In this document: one piece after another, positions 18,821-28,866 of the stretch | How positions within the stretch are numbered: the stretch's first letter is position 1 | How the letters are laid out: the number at the start of each line of letters is the position of its first letter | From: Candidatus Spechtbacterales bacterium | GTDB lineage: Bacteria > Patescibacteriota > Minisyncoccia > Spechtbacterales > 2-12-FULL-38-22 | Length of the DNA: 56,676 nt | Reading direction: 5' to 3' | Assembly (NCBI GenBank): GCA_040902285.1 | Contig: JBBDXP010000007.1 | Span: 67,042-123,717, forward strand | Made by a program: the position numbers and the translations under genes | Notes under the pieces: generated by a model | Seen by the model: only the letters and a program-made list of their open reading frames with translations | Databases searched by the model: none | Told to the model about the DNA's origin: nothing

Positions 18821-19918
18821 CTATTCAGCAATTTTTTCGCCCCACAAAACATTTGTGTAAGTATCTGTTACATGTATCCAAATCTTTCCCGGAACGAACG
18901 GTACTTCGTTTCCGTTGCTATCAAAAAAACCTAGCTTGCTCTCTGTGGGATTTTGAGCTTTTTTCCATTTAACTTTTTCCATGCGCCCATTTTGGAATAT
19001 AAACGCCTCACCTTCCCCCGTAACATCTACATCGTTATACTCGCCTTCCAAATTGCGGGTCTGTGTCTTCATAACTACCAGCACACTCGCACTCGCCTGG
19101 GAACCGTCGATTTTATCATATTCGGGAGTTCCGCCCCGCCAACGATAATAAATATTCTTATCCCGATTATAAATATAGCTTACATTCACCGGGTATGGAT
19201 ATTCCACGGATATTGTGACGGAGTTTCCGCTGTCGTCGGGATTGTTTTGCGCCCTGGGATATCCCTCGAACAGAGTATTTGTTCTGTATCCTAGTTTTTC
19301 CGCGGTACTTCGTAATTTTTCGTAAGATGTAAAACCGTTATGCGGAGCGGCTATGGTATTTTTTCTAAAAAATACGCTGAAAGGATTTATAAGAGCGTCT
19401 ATATTGTCTACCGCCCCGCCGTTAAGCCGGTCTAGGGCAAAATGGCTTCCTCCCCAATGTGCATATATCGCGTCGAATGACGCGGCTAAGGGGATAAAAT
19501 CGTCCCGGGAAGAACGCACAGATCCTATTTCTTCGGGTTCTTCGCAGACAAAAACAGCCATAATGCGCGTAATTCCATCTTTTACAACCGGCATTTCCAC
19601 AACCAAATCCGCCTTGGAAATGCCTGACAAAGGACGCGTCACAGGATCTTCCGCCAGCATTACGGCTATCGGCCTTGATTTAGCATTTTCGCATGTCCGG
19701 CCGGTCAAAGGATGTGTGTCGAATTTAACAACTTCGCCTTTTTCGATATTGGTTTCTATATCTATTGTTCTGCCGAATAAGTTTGGATATGGTCCGTGCG
19801 CAAAATAAAGCACGCCAAAACCGGACAGTGCGCAAAAAGAAGCAATAAAAATAATTGCCCGGCGTTTGTGTATCTTCAAAAAATTCGGGATTTTAAATTT
19901 TTTAATTTTTTTTGCCAT
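18821..19918 (-). CDS. DUF3048-family membrane-anchored protein
   Basis: RPIAVM, SGISKADLVVE, GITRIMA, IGSVRSSR, APHNGF; start MAKKIKK at 19918. Confidence 0.85.
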   Translation of the reverse strand: MAKKIKKFKIPNFLKIHKRRAIIFIASFCALSGFGVLYFAHGPYPNLFGRTIDIETNIEKGEVVKFDTHPLTGRTCENAKSRPIAVMLAEDPVTRPLSGISKADLVVEMPVVKDGITRIMAVFVCEEPEEIGSVRSSRDDFIPLAASFDAIYAHWGGSHFALDRLNGGAVDNIDALINPFSVFFRKNTIAAPHNGFTSYEKLRSTAEKLGYRTNTLFEGYPRAQNNPDDSGNSVTISVEYPYPVNVSYIYNRDKNIYYRWRGGTPEYDKIDGSQASASVLVVMKTQTRNLEGEYNDVDVTGEGEAFIFQNGRMEKVKWKKAQNPTESKLGFFDSNGNEVPFVPGKIWIHVTDTYTNVLWGEKIAE

Positions 19919-19974
19919 GGTTGATTGGTGAACAATGAGCCCATGGGTGAATAGTGAACTTAGCAACCATGAGC

Positions 19975-20043
19975 CCCGCCGTAGCTTTACTTGTCCGCCG
20001 TAGCTTTAGCGTAGGCGGAGCGTAGGAGGTTAGCGGAGGCGGG
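19975..20043. repeat. Nested short REP-like palindromes (CCGCCGTAGCTTTAGCGTAGGCGG type)
   Basis: ccgccgtagcttta occurs twice; a complete unit at 19994-20019 interrupts another. Confidence 0.7.
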
Positions 20044-20047
20044 TCAC

Positions 20048-21073
20048 CTAAGAATAAGAGGGCTCTTTAATTGCTGTTTTTTCTATAAGCAAGTTGGCAA
20101 CGACGGCGCCGGCTATCACAAATATGTATATTGAGAAAAATTGCCAGAGCGCGAAAGTAAAATCGAAAAAATCTAAAAAGGTTATTGTTATCCAAGAAAC
20201 AATTGAGACAGAACCGGAAACCTGTATTATTGCCGTCCATTTGCGGCTAATGGAATCCTCTATCCCCGTGGCAAATTTTATAAGCTTATCATTTATTCTG
20301 ACCGAAAGCATGGCACCATTAAGTATTATTATAACAACCACCATTTGATTAAATATAAATTGAACGGTCTCTGGAAAACCCTGTTGCGACGCTATAATGG
20401 AGGTCACAAAATCCATACCAAGGCCTGTCCATATAGCAATACTCATTAAAGGATACATGGGGTACAAAAGCGCCTTGAGTTTTGGTTTGGCAAGCGTGTA
20501 AATGTACATTAAATCAACGGCGATAACCGTTCCTACTGTGAAAATAGAATGCCAGTTATGCAAACTTAAAACCGCTTGTTCGATATCCGCTTTTCCCGAA
20601 AACAACGAAAGGCATATAATCACGCTTAACAACAAAAACCCTGTTATAAAAAATGCCGGTGCGTGGTCTCTGAATAAATTCGGGGATCTCCTTTTTTTTA
20701 TCAGATATATAAGCATGCTAAGAACAAAAAACATGCTGAAAGAAGAAACCCAGAAAAAATTCGCGTTAAAGCCGTTTTGTATGTAGCTTGCAGGATATTC
20801 AGTAGCATGCACAACGCCTTCATGCGCTTCGGCGTTTATAGGAAAAACGAACAGAGCCAGTGCCCACCAACCGATTAAAAAAAGTGTGCCGGCGGATAAA
20901 AATACGTACATGGCTCCTTTCGCTAATTTGTAAAATCCCGTCTTTTTGTCCGTATTTTTTTCTTTTTGCGCCTTAATGGCAAAAACCGCGCCCCACAAAG
21001 AGGCGGACGCGGCAACAACGGCAAAGATTTGAACGAAAAACCTTAAAAAAGGTATTAACTCAAAACCGTACAT
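20048..21073 (-). CDS. Polytopic membrane protein, unknown function
   Basis: About 9 hydrophobic helices; HEG and HNWH His motifs. Confidence 0.7.
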   Translation of the reverse strand: MYGFELIPFLRFFVQIFAVVAASASLWGAVFAIKAQKEKNTDKKTGFYKLAKGAMYVFLSAGTLFLIGWWALALFVFPINAEAHEGVVHATEYPASYIQNGFNANFFWVSSFSMFFVLSMLIYLIKKRRSPNLFRDHAPAFFITGFLLLSVIICLSLFSGKADIEQAVLSLHNWHSIFTVGTVIAVDLMYIYTLAKPKLKALLYPMYPLMSIAIWTGLGMDFVTSIIASQQGFPETVQFIFNQMVVVIIILNGAMLSVRINDKLIKFATGIEDSISRKWTAIIQVSGSVSIVSWITITFLDFFDFTFALWQFFSIYIFVIAGAVVANLLIEKTAIKEPSYS

Positions 21074-21243
21074 TATGATTTTTTAAAAATAAAATTATAT
21101 AAAAAATAAGCAAGCCCCGCAAAATATAAAACTTTCGCAAGAATCCAAAACCCAAATCCCAAAGAATTGCCCAAAAGAGGCAATGAAAAAAGCATTACGA
21201 GCCCCGCCGTTAAAAATATGATTTCGTTCGTTTTAAGTTTCAT
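21073..21243 (-). CDS. Small membrane protein (56 aa), not in the ORF track
   Basis: Manual translation MKLKTNEIIFLTAGLVMLFSLPLLGNSLGFGFWILAKVLYFAGLAYFLYNFIFKKS*; two hydrophobic segments; TAATG overlap with the next gene. Confidence 0.7.
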   Translation of the reverse strand: MKLKTNEIIFLTAGLVMLFSLPLLGNSLGFGFWILAKVLYFAGLAYFLYNFIFKKS

Positions 21244-21356
21244 CCCGTTAGTAATTGCTGCTATGCAGTTCTATCGCAATAAAATGCTACAGCGGTAATT
21301 ATTATGAATTTTGGTATTGTTTAAACGGATGACCCGTTAGGGTTATTACTAACGGG
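21244..21356 (-). repeat. CCCGTTAG...CTAACGGG element, divergent subfamily A
   Basis: Same ends and internal gacccgttaggg; abuts ATG 21243; supplies the polA TAG stop (21349-21351). Confidence 0.88.
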
Positions 21357-23568
21357 ATTCATCCGATTTTAAATTTCCCCAATTGTCCCCCACTTTGCAG
21401 TCCACCTTAAGAGGTACCGATAAGCTTGCGGCATTTTCCAAAATATCTTTGGCTTTGGAAATATTCTCTTTTATTTTATCATCAGGCCCTTCCCATAACA
21501 ATTCATCGTGTATTTGCAGTAAAAGATCCACGCCACGCAGTTCTTTGTCAGCTTTCACCATTGCCATTTTAACGATATCCGCGGCCGTGCCCTGCACCGG
21601 CATATTTATTGCGGCGCGTTCGGCCATTGCTCTTAGCATGGGGTTTGGGGAACTAAGATCGCTGATAAACCTTTTTCTGCCGAAAAGCGTTTCAACGTAT
21701 CCCAGCTCATGGGCCCTTCGTTTAGTTTCTTCCATGTAACGCGCTATGTTTTGAAAAATCTCCATATACCTTTGTATGAATTTTTTGGCCTCGTCAAAAC
21801 TTATTTCCGCTGATTCGGAAAACGCCTTGGGCCCTATTCCATATATAATTCCAAAATTGAGGGCTTTAGCCCTATATCTCATTTTTGGAGTAACATCTTT
21901 TTCTTTTATACCGAAAACCAGGGCGGCCGTATGCGCATGCACGTCCTCATCGCGGCGAAATACATCTATCATGTTTTTATCTTGCGCCAGATGCGCAATC
22001 ACGCGCAATTCCATCTGAGAATAATCGCACGCCATAAACTTTTTACCTTCTTCGGGAATAAAACTGCTCCTTATGTCTTCGGCGAATTCCCCTCTTATGG
22101 GAATATTTTGTAAATTAGGATCCTTGCTTGATATTCTTCCGGTGGAAGCTCCGAGAGAATTAAAAACGGTATGAATTCTGCTATTTTCGTCTGCCAATTT
22201 GGGGAGAGGCACCACATAGGTAGAAAGCAATTTTTGTATTTCTCTTTGTTCGAATATCAGGTCTACTATCGGGTGTTGTCCCCGCAATTTTTCCAGCTCG
22301 CTCGCGGCAATGGATATTTTTTTACCCGGGGTCTTTCTAAGACCCTTGGGGTCTATTTTTAATCTTTCAAACAAAATATCCGAAAGTTGTTGCGATGAAT
22401 TAATGTTGAATTTAATGCCCGCTTTTTTGTATATTTTTCTTTCTATGTCTTGAAGTTTCTTTTTGAGTTTTTTACTCAAGGCGGATAATTTGTCTTTATC
22501 TATTTTTATTCCTTTTTGTTCCATTTTTAAAAGCACGGGAATAAGTTCCTTTTCCAAATTATATATTTCATCGGATAATATTCCCGCTTCACGCGCACTA
22601 TCGACCTCGCGCAATATATCTTTTTCCCGGGATAACCCGTTAGACGCGCTGTCGGGCTCTATACTCTTAAAACCTTCCAGCTCATTTAATCCGGATAAAA
22701 GCCGGTTAAATTCAAGTTCTTGAAACAATTGGCGCGCCTTTTCAGGATCAAATCCTCCCCATTCAGCATCGCTAAGCTTAAAGTTAAGCTTTACATCCCT
22801 GCGAATAGTAGCCAGCATTCTTGAAAAAAGCGCCTGCTCTTTGTTCTCTTTTAAAATTATCCAAATGCGCTCACTTATAATATCGGGTTTCTCAACTTCG
22901 ACGGAGCGATACATATCATCCAGGTTCCCGTATTTTTTCAAAAGCACGGCCGCGGTTTTTTCTCCTACCCCCGGAACCCCCACTATATTGTCTGAGGGGT
23001 CTCCGCGGAGACCCTTGTAATCAACCATTTGCTCCGGCCTTAAACCAAAACGCGCTTTTACAGCTTCCTCATTATACAACACGGTATCCTGGACGCTCTT
23101 TTTCATCGTATAAACCCTGGTATGCGCGCTTACAAGCTGCAGGGTGTCCAGGTCTCCACTTGCTATGATTATTTTTATGTCCTCCTTTTTCTGTTCCACC
23201 AATTTCGACACAGTGCCTATTATATCATCGGCTTCGAAACCCTGTTTTTCATATACAGGTACATTAAACGCCGTCAGTACCTCTTTTATGCGGGGAATTT
23301 GCTCATACAGTTCATCGGGCGCTTTTTGTCGGGTTGCTTTATAATCTTCGTATTCCTCGTCTCTGAATGTGGGACCCTCAACATCAAAAGCGGCCGCAAC
23401 GTACGCGGGTTTTAATTCTTTCAGAGCTTTAATCAATATCGAAGAAAAACCGTAAACGGCGTTGGTAAGTTCTCCCTTTTTCGTTTTAAAGCGCGGCAGG
23501 GCATGGTATGCGCGATGAAAAATCGAATTAGCATCTATAAGTAAAAATATTTTTTCGCTATTATTCAT
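21349..23568 (-). CDS. polA: DNA polymerase I (5'-3' exonuclease plus polymerase; 3'-5' exonuclease domain absent)
   Basis: LIDANSIFHRAYHA, GDPSDNIVGVPGVGEKTA, PNLQNIP, DYSQMELR, QIHDEL; 739 aa. Confidence 0.95.
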   Translation of the reverse strand: MNNSEKIFLLIDANSIFHRAYHALPRFKTKKGELTNAVYGFSSILIKALKELKPAYVAAAFDVEGPTFRDEEYEDYKATRQKAPDELYEQIPRIKEVLTAFNVPVYEKQGFEADDIIGTVSKLVEQKKEDIKIIIASGDLDTLQLVSAHTRVYTMKKSVQDTVLYNEEAVKARFGLRPEQMVDYKGLRGDPSDNIVGVPGVGEKTAAVLLKKYGNLDDMYRSVEVEKPDIISERIWIILKENKEQALFSRMLATIRRDVKLNFKLSDAEWGGFDPEKARQLFQELEFNRLLSGLNELEGFKSIEPDSASNGLSREKDILREVDSAREAGILSDEIYNLEKELIPVLLKMEQKGIKIDKDKLSALSKKLKKKLQDIERKIYKKAGIKFNINSSQQLSDILFERLKIDPKGLRKTPGKKISIAASELEKLRGQHPIVDLIFEQREIQKLLSTYVVPLPKLADENSRIHTVFNSLGASTGRISSKDPNLQNIPIRGEFAEDIRSSFIPEEGKKFMACDYSQMELRVIAHLAQDKNMIDVFRRDEDVHAHTAALVFGIKEKDVTPKMRYRAKALNFGIIYGIGPKAFSESAEISFDEAKKFIQRYMEIFQNIARYMEETKRRAHELGYVETLFGRKRFISDLSSPNPMLRAMAERAAINMPVQGTAADIVKMAMVKADKELRGVDLLLQIHDELLWEGPDDKIKENISKAKDILENAASLSVPLKVDCKVGDNWGNLKSDESR

Positions 23569-23680
23569 CCCGTTAGTAATTACTGCTTGCGCAGTTTTAA
23601 TTTATGTATATTTAAACGAATTAACTATTTATATTTATTGCACTTGGTTTAGCAGACCCGTCAGGGTGATTACTAACGGG
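23569..23680 (-). repeat. CCCGTTAG...CTAACGGG element, subfamily A
   Basis: Abuts polA ATG 23568; flanked on the minus strand by ATGAAT on both sides. Confidence 0.9.
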
Positions 23681-23685
23681 ATTCA

Positions 23686-24168
23686 TTACTTTACCGTTAT
23701 TTCCCTAGTGTTTTCTCCTGTTTCTTTTATGCTCACCCGGATAGTATTTTGGGGCAAAATATCTTCTATTTTTTCCGCCCATTCCACAAGTATTATATTT
23801 CCGGGATCGGATACAACATCCTCCCACCCGATATCCTGTATCTCTTTGCTTGAATTTACCCTGTAACAATCCAGATGATAAAATTTCCTGATTTTCTTTT
23901 CAAAAACCCTATCGCGCACATCATATTTTTTCATCAACACAAATGTAGGGCTCGTAATCTTTCTGCCTATTTGCAAAAATTCCGCCACACCTTGCGCGAA
24001 TCTTGTTTTACCGGCCCCCAATTCTCCATTCAACGCAATAGTAATGGAGGTATTCCTGTTTTTTTTTGCCGCATTTTCTAATATTGCCCGGGCTATTAGT
24101 TTGGTTTCTGCCTCCGAAGATGAAATCAAACGGATGTCTCCGGTGCTTAACCTTTGTTCTTTTGACAT
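23686..24168 (-). CDS. tsaE: tRNA threonylcarbamoyladenosine biosynthesis ATPase
   Basis: LNGELGAGKT, ITSPTFVL, YHLDCYR, LVEWAE. Confidence 0.95.
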   Translation of the reverse strand: MSKEQRLSTGDIRLISSSEAETKLIARAILENAAKKNRNTSITIALNGELGAGKTRFAQGVAEFLQIGRKITSPTFVLMKKYDVRDRVFEKKIRKFYHLDCYRVNSSKEIQDIGWEDVVSDPGNIILVEWAEKIEDILPQNTIRVSIKETGENTREITVK

Positions 24169-24216
24169 ACTTGTTCTTTTGACATATATTTAAATATCGC
24201 AAAAAATTATAAAGCA

Positions 24217-25194
24217 ATGACTTCCTTACACGCCAACACCTTAGAGCAATTCATAAAAAAAAGCAAAGGCATACTTATTGTTCCAGCGAAAGATAAAATA
24301 AAAGACACTTTCCCGGCGGCAATTGCCCTGTCTTATGTTTGTAAAAAGCTGGGATCAAACAGTGGTGTATATTTACTAAAAGAATCTCCCGAACAGCTCA
24401 AATTTTTAATAAACAATAAAACTGATTCGAGTGGCTTGGCTTTAGTCGAGGGTATAATTTTTCTGGGATCGGAACCCCACGATCTAAAAATTGATACCAA
24501 CGAAATGGTGTTTGTAAAAAACCCTTTCCGTACGTTTATTTTAAACTCTCGAGCCGCACATAACAAATCTTCCGACAGTCCAAAAAACTACATTTTGGAT
24601 ATTAGCGCCAGTTCTGTTTCTGAAATACTTGCCCGTACGATAAAATCCATGGATGAAGAATTAATAACACGCGAAATGGCAACAGCTCTTCTTACGGGAT
24701 TAATAGCTTCGACTCAAAATTTTCGGTTAGCCGTGCGCCCGCAAACTCTGTTTATCGCGGCTTATTTGATTTCCAAGGGAGCGGATAATGAAAAAATAGC
24801 AAAGCAATTGTACAAAACCAGGCCATTAAATTCCGTAAAACTATGGGGGCATGCCCTTTCGCGATTTTCTTATGACAATAATAAAAAAATAGGGTGGAGT
24901 TTTATAAAAAAAGACGACCTTAAAAACAAAAACGAAAATCGTTCCCAAATATCTTTTATATTAAACGAATTCAAAAATAATTTCACAGAAGCAAACATCT
25001 TTGTTTTGGGCATAAGCCACTTCGATTATTATTTAGCCGTAGTACATGCGAAAAATGACGATTATTTAAAGACATTCGCGCGAAAACATAAATTATCAAT
25101 AAAAAATTCTTCTGTACTCGTTCGTGCGTCAAAAAACGGCAATCCGGAATCTTTAACTCAAAAAATAGTTGAAGCACTAAAAAAAACACTTTAG
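24217..25194 (+). CDS. DHH/NrnA-like phosphoesterase homolog, probably degenerate
   Basis: ASSVSEI, ATALLTGLIASTQNF, AAYLISKGAD match the family; the DxD and DHH catalytic motifs are not recognisable. Confidence 0.6.
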   Translation: MTSLHANTLEQFIKKSKGILIVPAKDKIKDTFPAAIALSYVCKKLGSNSGVYLLKESPEQLKFLINNKTDSSGLALVEGIIFLGSEPHDLKIDTNEMVFVKNPFRTFILNSRAAHNKSSDSPKNYILDISASSVSEILARTIKSMDEELITREMATALLTGLIASTQNFRLAVRPQTLFIAAYLISKGADNEKIAKQLYKTRPLNSVKLWGHALSRFSYDNNKKIGWSFIKKDDLKNKNENRSQISFILNEFKNNFTEANIFVLGISHFDYYLAVVHAKNDDYLKTFARKHKLSIKNSSVLVRASKNGNPESLTQKIVEALKKTL

Positions 25195-25242
25195 AAGTGT
25201 GTCAAGATTGTACAGATATCCAAATGCGTATAGGATGGGTAT

Positions 25243-26910
25243 ATGGATGTCCAAGACCCTCAAAATCAACTGGAAAAGATACGGAGACAACAGGAAGAAA
25301 ATTTGGCTAAACAGAGAGCGGAATCGCATGGTATGCCTTATTTAAATTTATCCGCCGTACCCCTGCACCCCGAGTCGATTTCCACTTTAGATGAACAAAC
25401 CGCCAAAGAAGCGCATGTGACGGTTATACAAAAGAAGGAAGCAAGCGTAAGCGTGGGAGTTGAAAATCCGAATAATCCAAAAACTCAAGAAGTGCTGGGA
25501 AAATTAAAAAAGGCGGCAAAAGAGATTAATGTATTTTTGGTTTCTCATAGCAGTTTGGAGGCCGCATGGAGCCACTACTCAGCCAAAAAAATAGATAAAG
25601 AAGAAATTACAGGAGCAGTAAAGCTGTCCGAGGCCGTTGTTGAGAGTTTTCGCAAAAAAATATCTTCGATAGCCGACATAGGAAAATTACTTGGCGAGGT
25701 TTCCAAAAAAAATGCTTCCGGCGCTTTTGAGGCCTTGCTCGGCGCGACGCTCGCACTGGACGGAACCGACATACACATAGAACCGTTGAAAGAAGGGGCC
25801 GTGGTCAGGGTAAAAATAGACGGAATACTTTATGAATCCGCAAATTTGGACCAGCACATATACAACTTGATACTGTCCCGCGTAAAGCTTCTGTCCAAGC
25901 TGAAACTTAATATAAAAAATCAGCCGCAGGAAGGAAGATTTTCGGCCGTATTCGAAGACAGACAGGTGGAGATTAGGACATCAATACTTCCGGCAGAATA
26001 CAATGAAGATATCGCGCTGCGGCTACTGGATCCTAAATTCCTTTTATCTATGAAGGAACTAGGGCTTAGAAAAGATCTTGAAGAAACTCTTATAAAATCT
26101 CTAAAAAAACCGCAGGGTCTGATACTTGTAACCGGAGCCACGGGATCCGGAAAAACAACCACACTTTACGCGTGCATAAAATATTTAAAAACCCCTGGAG
26201 TCAAAATAATCACAATAGAAGACCCCATAGAATATCACCTTGCGGGAATAACTCAAACACAGGTCAGAGAAAAAGAGGGTTACATATTTGAAACGGGTCT
26301 CAAAGCGATTTTAAGACAAGACCCCGACATAATACTCATAAGCGAATTGCGCAGTGTTGACGCCGCCGAGGCCGCGATACAAGCGGCGCTTGCCGGGCGC
26401 CAGGTTCTTTCCACCCTGCATACAATTGACGCAGCGGGAACCGCCCCCCGCTTGGCGGATATGGGCATAGATTCTTCGGCCGTGTCTTCGGCTTTATCTA
26501 TGTCCATAGCGCAAAGATTAATCAGAAAATTATGCGAAAACTGCAAGGTTAAAAAACGCTTAAACGATATGGAATATAAAGCTATTAAAAACGCCTTCAC
26601 GGGAATTTCGGAAAATGTTCAGGTTCCTGAAATAAAAAAAGATTCCTATATATGGGAATCGAAAAAAAACGGCTGTTCGGAATGCTTTAATACCGGTTAT
26701 AAGGGCAGAACCGGAATTTTTGAGATTATGGAAATTACAAGAGAGATAGAAGAAAAAATACTTGTACGCCCCGCGGAAGATGAATTGAGAGATTTTGCCC
26801 GCAAAAACGGTATGACCAGCTTAAAACAAGACGGGCTTTTAAAAGTATTGAGCGGCATTACATCCATAGAAGAAATCGAAAGAAATCTGGGGACAATAGG
26901 AGAAATATAA
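25243..26910 (+). CDS. pilB: Type IV pilus assembly / GspE-PulE family ATPase
   Basis: TDIHIEP, TGATGSGKTT, TIEDPIEY, ILRQDPDII, STLH, CxxC...CxxC-TGYKGRTG. Confidence 0.85.
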   Translation: MDVQDPQNQLEKIRRQQEENLAKQRAESHGMPYLNLSAVPLHPESISTLDEQTAKEAHVTVIQKKEASVSVGVENPNNPKTQEVLGKLKKAAKEINVFLVSHSSLEAAWSHYSAKKIDKEEITGAVKLSEAVVESFRKKISSIADIGKLLGEVSKKNASGAFEALLGATLALDGTDIHIEPLKEGAVVRVKIDGILYESANLDQHIYNLILSRVKLLSKLKLNIKNQPQEGRFSAVFEDRQVEIRTSILPAEYNEDIALRLLDPKFLLSMKELGLRKDLEETLIKSLKKPQGLILVTGATGSGKTTTLYACIKYLKTPGVKIITIEDPIEYHLAGITQTQVREKEGYIFETGLKAILRQDPDIILISELRSVDAAEAAIQAALAGRQVLSTLHTIDAAGTAPRLADMGIDSSAVSSALSMSIAQRLIRKLCENCKVKKRLNDMEYKAIKNAFTGISENVQVPEIKKDSYIWESKKNGCSECFNTGYKGRTGIFEIMEITREIEEKILVRPAEDELRDFARKNGMTSLKQDGLLKVLSGITSIEEIERNLGTIGEI

Positions 26911-26913
26911 CTT

Positions 26914-27081
26914 AAAACGCCTGCGAGATGCAGATATGCACAAATCTTGGTATGGGAACCGAGTAAAAGACAATTTTCGAGGTATTGTTCAGCTATGCAG
27001 CCGCACAATCCATTCACTAAAAAATAATCCGTACCTTGCAAAAAGCAAGGCATGTGCATACCTGCATTCCGCAGGCGTTTT
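26914..27081. repeat. 168-bp intergenic element with imperfect long terminal inverted repeats
   Basis: aaaacgcctgcg-agatgcagatatgcaca / tgtgcatacctgcattc-cgcaggcgtttt. Confidence 0.7.
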
Positions 27082-27147
27082 CAAAAAGCTTTCAAATTCG
27101 ATAGAACCGTACCATTGAACATGGTATACTAACAAAAGGATAAACTC

Positions 27148-28176
27148 TTGTCAAGTATTTTGGCCAATAAAATGCAAAAAACAGCCCCCGAACAAAAAAA
27201 GGAAGATTTGTTGTTAGATACGGCTCTCAGGCCACATAAATGGGATGAATATATAGGCCAGGAGAAAACCAAAGAAAAACTCAAGATTTTTATTGACGCC
27301 GCTAAAAAAAGAGGTGATGCGCTAGATCATACGCTTTTATACGGACCGCCTGGCTTGGGAAAAACAACTTTGGCATATTTGATGGCAAAAGAATTGGGAG
27401 TTGATATAAAAATAACATCCGGACCTGCCATTGAAAAAGTTGGAGACATGGCCTCAATACTTACAAACCTAAATCCTCATGATGTTTTGTTTATAGATGA
27501 ATCTCATCGTTTAAACAAAGTTATAGAAGAGGTCTTGTACCCGGCAATGGAACAGCGCACTCTGGATATAATTTTGGGGAAAGGGCCTTCAGCGCGCACC
27601 ATACAGCTAGATTTACCGCCTTTTACTCTTATCGCGGCTACCACAAGAATAGGACTTATGTCAGCACCGATGCGCTCCAGATTCGGAATAACGACGCGCC
27701 TTAATTTTTATGAACCCGAAGAACTCGAAAATATTCTGCAAAGATCGGCCAATCTTTTAAACATCGGGGCCGACCGGGATGCTCTGTCCTTTATTTCAGA
27801 TTGCTCCAGAAAAACTCCGCGAGTGGCAAATCGCTTACTAAAACGTATACGCGATTATGCCGAGGTAAAGCATTCGGGCAGAATCACAAAGAGCGCGGCG
27901 CAAGACGCGCTAAAAATGCTTGAAGTAGATGAACTCGGACTTGAACCAACAGACAGGCAAATATTAAAAATTATGATAGACAGATTTAACGGAGGCCCCG
28001 TGGGCCTCCAGGCGCTAGCCGCGGGAACCTTTGAAGAAACCGAAACCATAGAAGAGGTTTACGAACCATATTTGATGCAAATAGGGTTTATTGAAAGAAC
28101 ACCCAGGGGCAGAACAGCAACTCCCGCCGCCTATAAGCATTTAGGGTTGGAAATACCAGAAAATAAGTTGTTATAA
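27148..28176 (+). CDS. ruvB: Holliday junction branch migration helicase
   Basis: [48 protein letters not shown]. Confidence 0.97.
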   Translation: MSSILANKMQKTAPEQKKEDLLLDTALRPHKWDEYIGQEKTKEKLKIFIDAAKKRGDALDHTLLYGPPGLGKTTLAYLMAKELGVDIKITSGPAIEKVGDMASILTNLNPHDVLFIDESHRLNKVIEEVLYPAMEQRTLDIILGKGPSARTIQLDLPPFTLIAATTRIGLMSAPMRSRFGITTRLNFYEPEELENILQRSANLLNIGADRDALSFISDCSRKTPRVANRLLKRIRDYAEVKHSGRITKSAAQDALKMLEVDELGLEPTDRQILKIMIDRFNGGPVGLQALAAGTFEETETIEEVYEPYLMQIGFIERTPRGRTATPAAYKHLGLEIPENKLL

Positions 28177-28186
28177 AATTTTCAGA

Positions 28187-28285
28187 TTTGTACGCAGTAC
28201 AAGGAAGATGCGAGGAGCAGAGTAAGCGGTACATAATCGGTACCGCGTCGAGCACCGCAACATCTAACGCCGTAATGCGTACAAA
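28187..28285. repeat. About 100-bp interrupted hairpin element between ruvB and yebC
   Basis: tttgtacgca / tgcgtacaaa outer IR; agatg / catct; gcggtac-ataatcg-gtaccgc apex. Confidence 0.65.
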
Positions 28286-28296
28286 GATAAAATTTA

Positions 28297-28866
28297 ATGA
28301 GCGGACACTCTAAATGGAGCACAATTAAACACAAAAAGGCCGCTAATGATGCTAAGCGGTCCGCTGTTTTTAATAAAATAGCAAGAGCTATAACCATAGA
28401 GGCCCGCCAGGGAGGTGGCGATATAAACGCTAATTATGCTCTGCGGACTTTGGTTGAAAAAGCCAAAGGACTTAATATGCCGAAAGATAAGATAGAAACC
28501 GCCACAAAGAAAGGTACGGGTGAACTCAAGGACAACGCCCGATTGGAAGAACTTTTAATAGAAGGGTTCGGGCCCGGTGGCGTCGCACTCCTTATAAAAG
28601 CAATTACTGATAATCGAAATCGCACCGTATCGGAAATAAAACATCTCTTAGACCAAACTGGAGCTAAGTTTACTGGAGAAAACAGCGTGCGCTGGATGTT
28701 TAAACAAGAACTCCGCGAAAACGAAGAAGGACACAAGGCCATGGAATGGATTCCTCAAAATACCATTAAATCCTCTGATGCAGATGCGCAAAAACTTGAA
28801 AAACTATACGAAGCCCTGGATGACCAGGATGATGTCCAAGAAGTTTATTCAAATGAGGAATACTGA
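28297..28866 (+). CDS. yebC: YebC/PmpR family protein (short form)
   Basis: MSGHSKWSTIKHKK, EGFGPGGVA, TDNRNRT, LDDQDDVQEVYSN. Confidence 0.95.
   Translation: MSGHSKWSTIKHKKAANDAKRSAVFNKIARAITIEARQGGGDINANYALRTLVEKAKGLNMPKDKIETATKKGTGELKDNARLEELLIEGFGPGGVALLIKAITDNRNRTVSEIKHLLDQTGAKFTGENSVRWMFKQELRENEEGHKAMEWIPQNTIKSSDADAQKLEKLYEALDDQDDVQEVYSNEEY

Noticed and set aside
21349-23568. PolA without a proofreading domain, and short YebC, as novelties
   Set aside because: Such reductions are common in reduced-genome lineages including CPR.
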